Source: Perna viridis
Taxonomy: Eukaryota
DNA: 64,000 bases
Assembly (NCBI GenBank): GCA_037379345.1
Contig: CM074511.1
Location: 23,357,171 to 23,421,170, forward strand
Direction of reading: 5' to 3'
This document shows, piece by piece, positions 25,931 to 39,958 of this stretch; the stretch's first letter is position 1; every line of letters starts with the position of its first letter. The position numbers and the translations under genes were made by a program. A model generated the notes under the pieces. That model saw only the letters and a list, made by a program, of their open reading frames with translations, did no database searches and was not told the DNA's origin.

Positions 25931-26859
25931 AAGAAGTCAAAATCTCATGTTCGGAATTGGCGTTGGGGTTATGGGGGAATGGAAGGTAGAAGGTTGTAAA
26001 ACATATCTTAAATAAAAAATTAAACTATGCAGACTTAAACTTATGAATAAAGCTATTAAAACTATACGAGCAAAATGTAACCAACAGCAAACAGAAACAA
26101 ACAAAAAAAATCACGTGATCTAAAAATGATTCTCCTTGACCTCACAATTTTTCGAAATTAATGGTATAAAAAAAGGTACGGCTCGAATTTTTATTTAAGC
26201 AAAGACAAGTTCATTAATCGACAAGTGGCTGTCTTATTCAAGATGAACAAACTGAACTATGTATTTTTCGAACTTAATAACATTTACGCCTTGTTTCTTG
26301 AGGAAAATTCGATTTGAACTCAGACATTTTATTCCCTTTTTAAGTGGTTCTTTTGTTCAGAATATAAAATTGGAATTCTGAAATGTCGATTTGATTTAAA
26401 TTGAAAGAGTATTACTGTTATAACTTATGTATGCAGGTTTTCACTTTAAGTATTGAAAATTCGTAAAGATAATTAGAAATAAATTGTAAGCGTGATGTCA
26501 AACAAGTTCGGAATCATTTATATAGTCGATGAATTTTGCACAGGTTCTTGTGACCCGAAATGTGGTAAACCACATAATGTAAATAACTTAAAAAAAATAA
26601 ATTTAAGACATTTCGATTTTTCTACTGTTTAATTTTAACACGTTTTAACGAGTTAAGCAATTTAAGACTCAAGAAGGAAGAAGAGTATTATCTGGCGACT
26701 ATACACCAAAAAATATATTAAAATATTATTAAATATTATTATATTAAAAGCCAACATCACAAAAATCAGTGATCATATTACTCTCATTCTGATATATAAT
26801 TTGTGTTCTAAAATATCTGATGAGTATAACGAAGGCAATTCACTTAGCATTTAAATTTT

Positions 26860-27375
26860 GTGTAGAAAGTAATTAGGATCAAACTTGGTATGAATGTTTT
26901 ATTGGGGTATACTGCATAGAACTGATGTGGGGATTTTTGATTCGTCGAAAAACATGGCCGCCGTTAATAAAAATAGGACATAGGGGTCAGACAGTAGTTT
27001 TTCACATATATCTCCTAAACTGTTAGATTTAGCTGAATTCTGACAGGATAAAAGTGTTCAGCATGATGAGATCTATCTCTGGTCAAATTTCGGTTTTAAT
27101 CCGTAAAACCATGTTGGAGGTATTGCCCCTTTTCAACGATTTTTGATATTTTTAATGTTATTTTTTCAAAAATCTTCTCTGACACTACTTGACCATTTGA
27201 TTCCAAACTTTCAATATCTTGAAAACTATGATAGATTAAAAGAAACTTTCAATTGTTGAAAAGATCTTGTAACAAGTCCTACCAAAGACTTCTTGAGTCA
27301 AAATTGTTGGACAGCTTCTTGTTTAATTTATTGCCTTTGAAAGGCAAAATTCAACTCCTGGGAGCCTCTTATTTA
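26860..27375 (+). mobile_element. Helentron-associated non-autonomous element (HINE/DINE-1-like) remnant
   Basis: Contains AAACTTGGTATGAATG, AAAAACATGGCCGCC, AATCTTCTCTGACACTACT...CCAAACTT and a 3' short hairpin CTCCTGGGAGCCTCTT; recognised from memory of bivalve repeats. Confidence 0.5.
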
Positions 27376-28388
27376 GAGATAGCCTTTCGTTTCTTCTTCA
27401 ACGAAACTCCATGAACATGAATACACGTAATTTAAAAAAAACCTTTATCCAGATTTGGTGGATTAACCGACTTTTTATAGTCTAAGTTTGCATCTTATTC
27501 ACTGAAAAATAGCCTTGTAAGGCATCTCTCATTCATCGAATACGGATATTAAAAACGTGTTTTAAAGCCTCGATCGTAAAACATAGGACAGAAGCCTACA
27601 TCAAATGTATCTGTAACAGAAATCAATACGTCAAACGCAAAAACGAAAACCTGTTTTTAGAAACCATGTATCTCCTTGTGTGATTTGTATCGACTACATG
27701 GTAATTACAGCACATATACTCCGTTATATTTGTTACAGAATAGTATACCCTTTACCAAAAATTGTGTATAAAGTCCTCCTGAATATCCGTTTTGGTCATA
27801 CTGTTAGTTGTTTTTTTCTCATATCATATACAGTATATATATTGAGAGAAAGTCCGAGTTGATCGGGGTTAATCTAATCGTCGACTTTCTCACAGTATTT
27901 CTAATTGTAGCTGTGAAGAAAAATGGTTTTAACCACTTGATAGAAATTCCTGGGAATGATTAAGGGACCGGTCAAAATTTATCGGCACCTAGGACCAGTG
28001 CAAATAACAATAGGACAGACACTTTTTTGATGTAATGCTTTTGTTGGGACACCATTTTTTAACGATAATATCCACGTTTTTTTTACGAACAAATACTTGG
28101 AACTAAATTTGTTATTAACTTAAAAAAAAAAAATTATTTTAACAAAAATGGCCTACAACATATAAATACAGTAGAATATACAACTATTTAACATAATTCA
28201 TTGTAATTGGAATAACTATATGTATTAAAATAGAAATAGCTTTATATCAATACTTCATTTGTAAGATCTTTAATACACTGTATGTGTTAATATAATATTT
28301 TCAGACAAAAACTTTATAAGAAAACCATGATAGGACACCATTTTTATTCTTATTAAGTTGGCATAGAAAATGTCTGGAAGTGAATAGA

Positions 28389-28412
28389 GATTATCAGCCC
28401 GGGCTGATAATC
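28389..28412. repeat. Perfect 24-bp palindrome
   Basis: GATTATCAGCCCGGGCTGATAATC. Confidence 0.95.
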
Positions 28413-30472
28413 CACACCAATCTCTAGGTTGTAAATATTGCCTTTCGTGTGCAAACCCACGGAATTACGAATGACATCGTTTCTTAAAATGAAAAAGAAT
28501 AATATTTCTGTAAGGTTTATTCAAATGGAAAAGTTTCTGATTCTGTCAAAGTAAAGCCAATACATATGGAAATTTCAGAAACGTAAACTTTGATTTTTTG
28601 AAAAGGTAGAATTAACATTTCTTTTAAATTCCTGGAACCGTTACACACCCATCATAAACATTATTACTGTTACAAGTGAATTTTAGACGATACAATACTG
28701 ACAATGCTGTTGCTTTCGAACTTGAAAAAAGTTTTCCCAACAATCAGGAACATGAGGCGGTAGGGGAAATTATAAGAACACAATGATATAACCCTAATCA
28801 AGTTAACCAGTATCAGTTAACTTAATAATAGGTTATTAATCAATGGTTTCGGGAATTGAAAACGAATGAAAAACCATCTGCATGGTGCCTTACTCTTATA
28901 CAATGGACTGGGGCAGGTTAATAGTGGCGTGTAAGTTTATCTGATAAAATCACAGAACAATAAAACGAATTTCGCTTTCTCATAATTGCTGCTATTATTT
29001 TCAGATGCAATGTTTGATTTTATTAAGTGGCAATTGAGTTAGAATGTCACTATAGAAACCCAGCAATTTGGATAAAAGGTCTTCGTAATTGATAAAAGAA
29101 AGAAAACCACCCATACGATAACAATGATAAATAGGTCCTATTTAAAACTAGTCATTTATAGTTCGTGCTCCGTGGTTCCAATAAGTATTTTCCCCTGATT
29201 TACTAAGATGAGATAACAGCAATGTGCCAATTATTTCAATCTAATAAAGTCTGTTTCGTTTGTCAAAGGTCTCAAGGCGTGTCGTGTAATAGTTTAATTT
29301 CATTTGTTACAATCCTTCTGATTGGTTTTCTCTGTAGACAACCGATATTATTTTAAATAATCTGTTTTTACCGTACACGTGCGTCAAGGAGCAACCTTTC
29401 ATCATCAGCACTAGATACAATACTCAGCAAAATTTAAATCTCAAAATGAAATGTATGCAAGAAGTGTTCAAAATAAAAAAAAAACATCGAAAAGGGAGCC
29501 CATTCCAGCACCGAACGAGAATGTTCATCAAGTGTAATATAAGGAATTACGTCTAAGTGATTTAGCGTTAATTTCATAACACTGAAAATTTCGGTATATA
29601 ATCTTTCACAAAAATTGGAGCAGACAAGTCTGATTACTGGCTTAATTTAAATTTAACTCAAATGAGCCAAAAATAAAGAACATTTTGATTAAGTAGCAAT
29701 TCGTAATTTGGGTTTGAATTCATTATGTATCAATTCATTAGGATCGTTTCAAATTTTTAAGTAAGTAATGCGTGCATAACCAAATTTAGGACATGACGCG
29801 TTAACTGCCTCGAAGATAGTTACATCGCATTAGTTCAAAATATAAAAACTAATTGAATACAAGATTTCCCTATTTTGAAAAAAAAAATGCCGGATATAAT
29901 TGTTTCCTTATAAGCTCGTCTCCTTCGTTTCTTATTATTTTAGCGTCCATTTTAATCCCTTCAGCAGAAAAATTAAATTATTTTAACATTGTCCATTTGC
30001 CACTATTGCAGTTTTTTTGCACATTAGAAGGCTCTTACTTCCATGTTTTGGGATTCTTACTAAGTCATTGTGAAGGACAACACATCATCAAGGTAAACAC
30101 GACTCATTCAAGGAGCATTCAAATAAAGTCTTCTGATGTTAAAAACTTGCTTGATTTTTAATCACACAAATCCGTTTTAGATAAACTTGATAGTATGCTG
30201 CATGATTTATTTATTTATATACTCACGCATTTCAGTGACTTTGTACGGTATAATTATACCTGAGATAATAAATAACAATTTTTCGATATGCAAACGCTAA
30301 AATTTTAAGGGTTTTGATAATCTGATGAGATATGCGTAATGGTTTGATCCATGATATCATGAAAAAAATCTCCGAAAGAAAATTAAAATACAGATTCATT
30401 CAACTGATAAACAACTGCTATAGTTGACAACGTACAGGACTCCAATAATACATAATGAGTAATATGCTAAAT

Positions 30473-30700
30473 GGTTGATTGATTGATGAGTTATGGTTTA
30501 ACGTCATATGGCAGATACTTCATGCAACACACTGAGTCGGATCTTAAATATGCTAGCTCTCAGAAGCAACGATCCGCAGGTAGGCATGCTACCTTATTCG
30601 GACACATTATTCTGACTCCGAGCCAACCAGTCGTTATTTTATCTCCTTAAGTACCGCATACTTCGTGGAGAAGCAGTTACTATCAATTTTACAGTATTTG
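30473..30700 (-). mobile_element. tRNA-derived SINE body and tail (bivalve Meta-SINE-like), head missing
   Basis: (GATT)n tail, then CGGACACATTATTCTGACTCCGAGCCAACCAGTC...GGAGAAGCAG...CAATTTT; family recognised from memory. Confidence 0.65.
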
Positions 30701-31159
30701 CTGTTAAACGGTGCTTCTATAACTTATGCTAATGTATATGAATTTCTTCCTTAGCCTCGGTCCTCGACTGGTGTGATCGAGGTCATTGCTTACTTCTTTG
30801 CTTACTCAAATCAAATCGCTTCTTTAAAATTGGGCGCTGTTACTCATTCAAGTGGAAGACGCATGAGGGAAGCGACTTGAGTATCTTTACCGAAACAACA
30901 ACGCTACACCTAACCTATAAAGCATAAAATTGAATAACATTTAAGGGATACTTTAGAAAAATGTGAAACAGGTAACAGACACTATCTACATACACAATGT
31001 ACAAAAAATAATTACATGTAAAATACTGAAGATAAGACAGCACACAAATAATTAAGGCACTTTCAATATGCACATGCTTCGGACGGGTAAGCATTTCCGC
31101 TCCCGACGAGCAAAATCTAGTAAGTGTCAAGTTCGATGGGTTGTTAATACTGCAAAACG

Positions 31160-31335
31160 TGAAATCAAAAGAATATAGACCAAAGATAAAGACCAGACAG
31201 GAAAAATAGACACAAAGAACAAAGAACGTGAAATAACCAAAGAACACGTACAAAGAAACAAATGCAAATAAGCAACTCGAACTCCACCAAAAATTTGGAG
31301 CATTGCCAAGGTGCACCGGTAGGGTAAGTGTCCTA
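31160..31335 (-). mobile_element. 3'-region copy of the Penelope-like element family
   Basis: GAAATCAAAAGAAT...GCAACTCGAACTCCACCAAAAA...GGTGCACCGGTAGGGTAAG matches the reverse complement of 55850-56010. Confidence 0.8.
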
Positions 31336-34011
31336 TGTATTTTTTTAAACTTATTGAACATAACTTGTCTCGTTTAAGTGCCTAAAGTTAAGATGAACCC
31401 ATATCTATTTCACCTACCCAACAATTGAAATGCTAGTGTAGTAATATATATAATGGATATTTTTTGTATTTATTAGATATAAAACTCCAAAGCTTTTTTG
31501 TTCTTTGCAATTGGACTCAACCTTCAAATTTCCGGCCATAATAATGATCTAGTATTAAACTTATTCTTAGAAATCAATCGAAAGTTGATAGGATGTTAAT
31601 TAACGAACTAAGATATTTAATTGAGTTTATCAAGTGCAGATTACAGGCGATTATTAAAACAGTAAAGCTGGTAATTTTTAGAAACATGTAAACAGGAAGT
31701 ACACCTGTAGTTAAACAAATGAAACGCCATTGGTCTGTCGCTGAATTACAAAGGGAGACAATCGATGAATGCGGATTGTACTCAGTAACATAACATTGAA
31801 TGGTCTTTTTGAAGAAAAAAAAGAATGACTGAGCATTAATATTTGAGCAATCTAAACACGATAAAGACTTACAATGGATTGTAAAACGAAAATGCTAGTT
31901 TTGGGAAACCATACAACACGAGAATAATGATTCACATTAGAAAAAAGATAAATCTTCAGTTTATATTACTGTAACAGTAGAAAAAACTCTAACTCTAAAT
32001 ACTCTGACAAATATGAGGAAAATATATCTAATCAAAGTAATTTAAATCCATTTTAAGTATAAGAAACTTCCATTCCAAAGTGGATTGCGAATCGTTTGAA
32101 AGAGGTAGACGTCTGAATAGGTTTCCTTTCCCAAAGATCATCATTTTGGGTTTATATTAGTGCTATATGAGGAACCAATAATGTATGATTCTGTTAAAAA
32201 AAAGAGATATCTAGACTGATGTATTGGGTTTTTCCGAACACAATTTGAATTTGGAGATTAAATGACGTCAGAGTGAATATCCGCTCCTAGTAAGAAATGA
32301 CCATGACTGATGATGAAAATTCTAAATAATAACACAATCAACGTACCAACATTGTCGCCTTCAAACGGTCACTATTTGCATAAGTTGACATTTTCTTGTT
32401 TTATCTTTATTTATAATTGTCAGAAGAAATTGCTTCGAAAAACGGTAACCATGTAATCACCAGCAATTATTTGTGTGTTCTCTTTTTAATGTCATCATAG
32501 TCTGGGTGTCCTGTATGATTAAACCATCTTACATTACGATCTATAGGTTATCTAGGTGGCCGACATTGTCATTAGTTTGACCACGTTATTGTACCTTAAG
32601 GAAATTGAAGAAGAAAATGACAAAAAAAAACTGTTGTTTGATTTGGGTGTTATTATCAAGCCGCTATCAGAGTGAACTACATCCTACTCGTCATTACTTT
32701 TGTGTTCAGAATAGCATTTGACTCGAACGGTATACAAATTATTGCAAATTATTGCAAATCAAACGAATTCTTAATAAGTACCAGTCCACATAAAATTCAG
32801 ACACTGATAATAGTAGAGTGATTACTGAAGTAGAGAAAACCCATCGAACAAATTACGTTTTTTTTCAATCTACATATGCCTTATATTTCCATAACGATAT
32901 TCATTTCTGTTTTCAGATCTGCACTTTTGAGAAAATCATACATTTACCTCCCACTAAAATCAGCCAAATCAAACAAATCAAGAACGATAACTCTTGCAAA
33001 GTGCCAATTCCTTGTACAATCTATGTAATTTTTGCCTAAAAAGCGTAACCTCCAAATGAAAAACTAACATTGGTTATATGATCAGTAACTGTTACTGTAC
33101 AAGGAACAAAACTGAATTTGGTGGGTTTTTGACATGCATGAATCACCTCCTGTCTGATTTTTATAAAGACTGCTACTTAAAATGATGACTTTAGTATGGT
33201 CCTTTTTCTATTCCATACTACACTGAATCATTGCTAACCGAATCCTTCTTAGGCTTTTAGACAGGATTTTTCAGGGATCAGTTAGGACAGGTTTCAACAT
33301 ACATATTTACATTACTTGATGTTATTAATTCTTTTTTATACAAATTCACTGGTTTTTTTTCAGATTTTAAATGGCTGGTTTGAAGTTAAAGTTTCTTTCG
33401 GTTAACCCTAAGATAGCCTCACCTTCTTGTACCATAAAAAAATCCTGCCTACCCTTTCTATTAGTTTTTACGTTTGACCTTATTGCATCTTGTTATTATT
33501 TAGTTATTAATGATCAGTATATTATTTTGACACCAGTTTCCTCCACCTTGTTCTTATTTTAAGTACGCGTTTTATTTCCTGTCTTCTCTCAAGTCATATG
33601 TAAAATATCAGATGCTCGTTGTCAAAACTATTTCAGGAAAAACTTCAAAAAAGAACAAAAACGATTAATTATTATATAAAAATGTTATATTATTAGATTG
33701 TCTCTTTCAGAAGTCTTCTGATGTCAAATCCCATAAAACATTAACATGTAATGATATTACATTGTAAGCATTCTGTACGGAGCATTTGATGCAATGATTG
33801 ATATCAATCAATGTTCCTGTCCTCAGCGATTTCTTTGCCAGTATCATTATGAAACATAATTTTACAATTAACAACATGTCTTGCTTGCTATCGTTTCTTC
33901 TCTACAAGCAAATTGAATTATAATTATCAGCTCTTACTAATAGACCACAACCGGTTCTGCCAATTTTGTCCTCGATTAAACCCCCTTGTTCAAATTATAC
34001 GTCTCGTATTA

Positions 34012-34255
34012 CAGCAAGTAAAATAGTTAACTTCAGGTTTTATAGTTGGTCTTCTTGCAACTGAATTCCTATTAAAATAACTTCCTATGATAGTTAGCAG
34101 GACAATCGGGGAGGCGATTTAAACTTTCTATCAGATTTCAATGGAATATCCATGGAATAAAGTATTTATCCTTGTTAATGAATTGTAACTACCTAAGACA
34201 AGTAATCAGGTAATGGCCACAGTCTTTCCCCTGAAGTTAACTATTTTACTCGCTA
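34012..34255. mobile_element. TA-flanked hairpin MITE family, copy 4
   Basis: TA|CAGCAAGTAAAATAGTTAACTTCAGG ... CCTGAAGTTAACTATTTTACTCGCTA|TA. Confidence 0.85.
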
Positions 34256-34687
34256 TAAGTCATTTTCATTTGATTTCAAAGTCTATTCTTCTTAAAGACG
34301 ATACGATAAGTTTCGCAATTTTTGTTTTTATACAAGTTTAACAAAGAATGTGATAACGAATAAACCTGCAGTTGTTATACTCGGATTGAATAACTTTTAC
34401 TTATATACAAATTGATGGAGGATATACCAAAAAAAAGTCCAAGTTCTCAATGTGTAACTATGTAATTGATTCAAGTACCTTTTATTCAACTCAATACTTT
34501 TTAAACATGATCGATGTTTTTTCCCCATTCCATATATCATTTATTTTATAAAATCGTGTTTGTCCAATAACAGTTAAACACTACTGTAACGGACAAGATA
34601 CTCTGCCTAAAACACGGTATGAAAATAATCATCTTTACCGGTGATTGTTTTTTAAGATTAATGGAAAAAAATGCACAATGTGTCATA

Positions 34688-34984
34688 TGAAAACTTGCCC
34701 GTTTGTTCACCATAGTCATAGTTTTCCTTTCCTCTTTCGGTGACCCCGGACATAATATTTTATGAGCAATTGGGTGGGTTTTCTAAATAAAAAAGTAGAA
34801 GACTCTTCCCTACCGCTGCACCGAGTCCACACTTTCAGTTTTTAGTGGAGTTCGCGTTGTTCATTTACTTTTGTTTCTTTGAACGTGTTGCTTTGGTTAA
34901 TGTTTTGTTGCGTGTGTTTGTTTTCTCTGTGTAGTATTTATCATTAGATTATCGCTCGAATCTAATTCCCCTTAATTATTCTTG
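34688..34984 (+). mobile_element. Diverged 3' end of the Penelope-like element family
   Basis: ATGAAAACT...GTCATAGTTTTCCTTTCCTC...CCCTACCGCTGCACC...TTTTAGTGGAGTTCGCGTTG, colinear with 55737-56040. Confidence 0.75.
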
Positions 34985-37900
34985 AAAACAATTTTAGTTT
35001 GAAGATAATTTACGAGAAGAAATCTAGAATTAGTGTGTATTTTGGCAAAGTAGTTACTAATTTTCTGAAACAATTTCAAACTAAAACAAAACAAGAGAGA
35101 TAACATATAACGTAAATAAGTTCTTAACTCTAAATTCCAAATCTTATTTGTCTCTTTTATTGGTTATTTTGTGATTGTAATACAAGAAACATAGAATAAC
35201 CTCTCTATTCACTGACAGTAAATCTAAAAATTGGTTTATATCGACAGACTTGGTAACATTGATTTTTGGGGGATAACCAAGATAACTAAAAAACTAAATC
35301 GAATTAACTGGGAACGATTTTGAAATGTGTCTTAAATGCGAACAACTGTATTTTAGGACAAATTTGGGGAAGTACGATATATAGCCAAACGAAACAGTCA
35401 TTGTCAGTACTCGAACTGGGACATTTTCCCATCCTTTTCCATATTTTTAAAACATTTGTCGGCTGTATAATACATCGTATTTTAATGATGGCTTAACCAG
35501 TTGTGATATGTTGCTAATGCAGGTGTCAGACATGCTCTTTTTTACTTAAATTTATGAAATTGCTTCAAGAACATTTCCAAGTCAACGTGTATTTGTAGAA
35601 ATGCGTGAATCGTATATTAAAGTCTTTGCACTATATGCATGTTGAAAATATTAGAAATATGTGCTCTGTACGCGAAGTGCATATTGAACACCAACTAAGT
35701 TTAAACCTTTGCATAGTTGCTAGATTTAACATGTACTCGAACATATTGATTAGTTCAAACCTACAGATGTCACACATCTTTAATATATGAATTTAAATGC
35801 CTTTACAAACTTCGCAGAAATTGTGACTACAGCTTGCATTTTTGTAATCGTTTTACTGTCTACGCTTTTACATTCTGTATTAAAGAAATTCAACATCTGT
35901 TCACGTAACACTGAAACCTTTGAAACCGTCTGCACAAATTTCAACGCTTTTGACCACTTAAATTATGTCAAGACTTACGGAAGTGTCAAGTTTATCATTT
36001 AAAGAAATTGTTTTAACAGATACTTATAAAATTATCTTTTGTAATCGAAGGAGTTGCATTTTGAATTCGAAAACGGCTTTAAAACAGTATAAGGTGTATA
36101 TATAACGCATTTCGCTTACGTTAACGATTCTTTAAACCAAACAGATACTTTAATCTCAAAGTGTCAGTATTGCTTACAATTTTGGTCCGTTCAATGAGTC
36201 AAATTGTCTGCCAATGAAGTGCAAGAAATGTCAATAAACAAAAATCTCGAAAGAATCAACCAATATGCCGCATCTACAAAAAAAAGACAGCACCAATGAC
36301 TTCAAAAGATACAATGTTTTAGCTTGTCTTCATTAAACATGTCTGGATGCTTAGTTATCTTTCCTTCCTGTCTCTTAAAAACGAAAATTAATCAAAAGGA
36401 GATTAAACTATATCAACAGAAGCTGTTCAATTCAACGACTTGTTATTTAAAAGTATACACAATCTTCTCTCATCAAAAGTCTACAATCAACCTTTGAAGT
36501 TCATATTTTACTGGAATAAAATCGATATATCATTTCTAACTTTGGTAGATAAATCTCATAGAGTTAATGAAATAATCTTGTTAGACACTCATAGTGTACA
36601 AGACACTAACATGCGATTCAAAGATCTGCTTTGCCCCTAGAGACGGCTGCTCAAAGACCTTTTTCAGCCTGCAATAATTTATAACATGTTTTATTACTCA
36701 TTATTTTTTAGTGGAATCGAAAAATAAAACAGCAGCTGATCATTTGACTTCCTTTAACAAGACAAATTGATAAGACATTCGTCTATAGTCTAAACACCAA
36801 TGTTTACTATTGGGAAACAAACATTTTACTGAAAATAATTGACTTTTTAGGTCTTTATCTGATACAAACACTCTCTTGCTAATTATTTTGTGTACAATAT
36901 TCATGATAAAACACGTATTATGTATAGTTTAGCACCATTAAAAAACAAAATTATAATTGAGTCAGACAATAACTTCGTGAAAATGAGCATATTTAATTAA
37001 CAGTTGTCAGAACTAGTTAGATTCTGCAGACTAACTGTTGCTAAAGTGAAAAAGGAAATGAGTTGTTTGTAATATTTGGTTTTCTCTCCTTGATGTTTAT
37101 TTTTGATGTTTATTTAGAAACAAGATATAATGTTGATGCGCATTCCATGCAAGTGCAGGTGCTATACATGTATTATTCCCACCTTTACTATGCTTTGATT
37201 GTAGAACCCATTGCATAACAAAACAGGCATGTATGTTGCCTGACAGTAACGATAGCGGTTCTTGTTCAATAAAGCGATAAAGTCTAGAATATGCAATGGA
37301 ATCTAAAGGAATCTTTCCGGCAATGGTTTCGTTAAATGTTTTTTTTTAAGATTTGTTAAGCTAGTCAAACATGTGGAATACCTAAGTGTCAAACAAAGGA
37401 AGGGAAAAATCCCTTTGACAATAATTTGTGGAATGTAAAAATAGGAAATATTAACAAGTACACACTAAAAGTAGTACACACCTATTAAAACCCTAAGATC
37501 TTTAAGGACTAATACTTGTTCAAAGGGACTTTGTAATTTATTACTTGAAAATATAGAAAATGCAAAACTTCGAAAGTTAAAATGCATGATGAATTATTCA
37601 GCGATTTTGCTATTAGAATCGAAAATTAAGTTTTCAGAACGTTTTCATTGCCAAGAAATTTATTTCATAAGAGTCAAAGTACACCTTATTAAATTGCATC
37701 ATAAAAACGCAAATTAATCTCCTTCTTGTTAAATTTCAGTTTTGCAAACAACGCTAATTGATTTCTGCATAGGAATCAAACTGGATTAATTTGACTGATA
37801 ACTGAAACATAGTTAATCAAGCAGCTGTGATTAGATAGAAATAATCAAAACTTCCTTTGACGCGAGAAATTTGCAGTAAGTTAATTTTAACTTTGTCATA

Positions 37901-38084
37901 AAATGTAAAGAGATCCATCAGAGGATTTTTCCATAACAGTAGGCAAATTATGACTGAAGTAAACATAAAGAGAACAAGAGAGTGGACGTGTAGTCATACA
38001 GACAAAGTACGAATAAACAGAAATGCACTTGTATCATATCAATACAAACCCAACTGAATATTTATAGGCTCAAAATTTAGATGG

Positions 38085-38189
38085 GATGTTTTAGTTGAAT
38101 GTGTGTTTGTGTGCTTTTCCTGTCTCGTCTTTATCCTTGGATTATATTCTTTTGATTTCTGTTCCCTTCTTGGTTCTTTAATTACTCTT
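38085..38189 (+). mobile_element. Short 3' end of the Penelope-like element family
   Basis: ...GGATTATATTCTTTTGATTTC...TCTTGGTTCTTTAATTACTCTT. Confidence 0.7.
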
Positions 38190-38254
38190 ATGTCTTCCTT
38201 TCCATATGGGTTAAGACGTGTGTGTTTTACTCTTAAAACCGTTTTTACTTTCGA

Positions 38255-38420
38255 AAGAGTAATCAAGGGAACCAAGGTTATAGCGGTAATCAAAAGAATG
38301 TAATCCGGGGACAAATACCAGACATGGAAATCAGATATACACAACAAAGAACATAAAGTAACTAAAACCATACATACAAAGTAACAAAAGCAAATGATCA
38401 CCTCGGACTCAACTAAAAAA
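38255..38420 (-). mobile_element. 3' end of the Penelope-like element family
   Basis: AAGAGTAATCAAGGGAACCAAGG...CTCGGACTCAACTAAAAA. Confidence 0.85.
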
Positions 38421-39807
38421 ATATTAATCATATTTGGGTTCCTTACTCCTTACTTATACAAATGTTTTGTATTTATTTCGATACTCCAGCGTATTCACCT
38501 TGTCGGAAACTTTTTTTTTCTTTTTAGGGAAAAAAATACTTATATAACTCCAAAAGCACCAAATTTCTTAGAAATATGATATAGTTGGTTTAAATATTTA
38601 TGCTTTTTCTAAACCCTCTTTGAATTTGTTCAACATTTTGGGCCAACATTTATTTGTATCAAGGTAATATGTTTCTTATTCGTTGTTTTAACATTTATCA
38701 ACCATGGTGAATGTGAAATCCAGTCTTTCCACACACTATAAGAGCACCAGAGCATACTTAAAAATCAACTCTGAATGAGTTGTGAAACTGTAAATACCAA
38801 CTAATAACAAAAGAATGAACCCGACAGAAGCATGTTGCTTTTGATATTTTGTGTGGACGTTCTTTTTTTTTAAAAATTTTCCTTTGTTGTAAATGATCGA
38901 TATGATTGATTTTTTTAATAAACGGTGGTTGAAATAATATCTTAAACACATGTAGTCGATAAGTTCTTCTGAAGAACCAATAATATAGTAGTATGTTTTG
39001 TGTAGCATTGAAGCCGAATAAACCAATATTTGCTAGAAGCTCAGATGAAATGAGTAACGGGTAACCTTACATTTAAAGATCGAATTTTGTTCAATGCAAC
39101 GTAAATAATGATCACTTACAACATTCAATAATGAACTCACAGCTGCTACAGTCTCAAGAATTCTTTTTCAACTAATCATTTAATTATGGTCTTTTATGCT
39201 TAAATAATGTATTCGTATGGCCAACCCTCGAGTCTCTTAGAAATTTCATCGATCCTGATCCACTATCTTTCATTAAACAACAAATATTATCCGAGAGACA
39301 TTAAGGTGTAAACGGAGCTATTTCTTTAACACTTGAAACAGTTTTAATCATGATTTAATTATTACTACAAAGAAGGAACTTACAATTGGGGTTTTCTGTA
39401 ATTTCAATCTTAATATCTAGGAGATATAATGGAAGAATGACTTCAATTAATATGACTGGTAAGTCACGTTTTTGTTCACATTAATTGTATTTTATCAGAA
39501 GTGATTTGCAGAACTGATGTCGGCCTCTGTAATACTTTCTGCTGACCCTAATTCCTTCATTTTCTTATATCAGTTACCAATATTAAAATATGTACATCAT
39601 ATCTTTGTAATATGTATTTTAGCTTACTATAAAGTAGAGAGCCTACACATAGAACTTAATTTCGTGACTTTATATGAGGCTGTGAAACCAGACATTTATA
39701 TGTCAAATGAGACATTAACATGAAATAAACAAAAACAATTGGTCAAAGGAAAACATTGTCTTAAAACTCAAAAAACATCCATTTAACAACAAAATGTACT
39801 AAAGAAA

Positions 39808-39958
39808 TAAATCAGGGAAACTCCATGTTATCTTTGTTTTGCCACATGCTGGCCATTTATGTCGCATTGTTTTACCCCGAGCGATAGCAAATGGTTAAAT
39901 AACGACATAATGGCCAGGCCATGGTAAAACAATTATAGAATGGAGTATCCGTGATTTA
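39808..39958. repeat. Imperfect palindrome of about 150 bp (fold-back element)
   Basis: TAAATCAGGGAAACTCCAT..TTGTTTTGCCA..CTGGCCATTTATGTCG / CGACATAATGGCCAG..TGGTAAAACAA..ATGGAGTATCCGTGATTTA around a CGAGCGATAGC centre. Confidence 0.8.
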
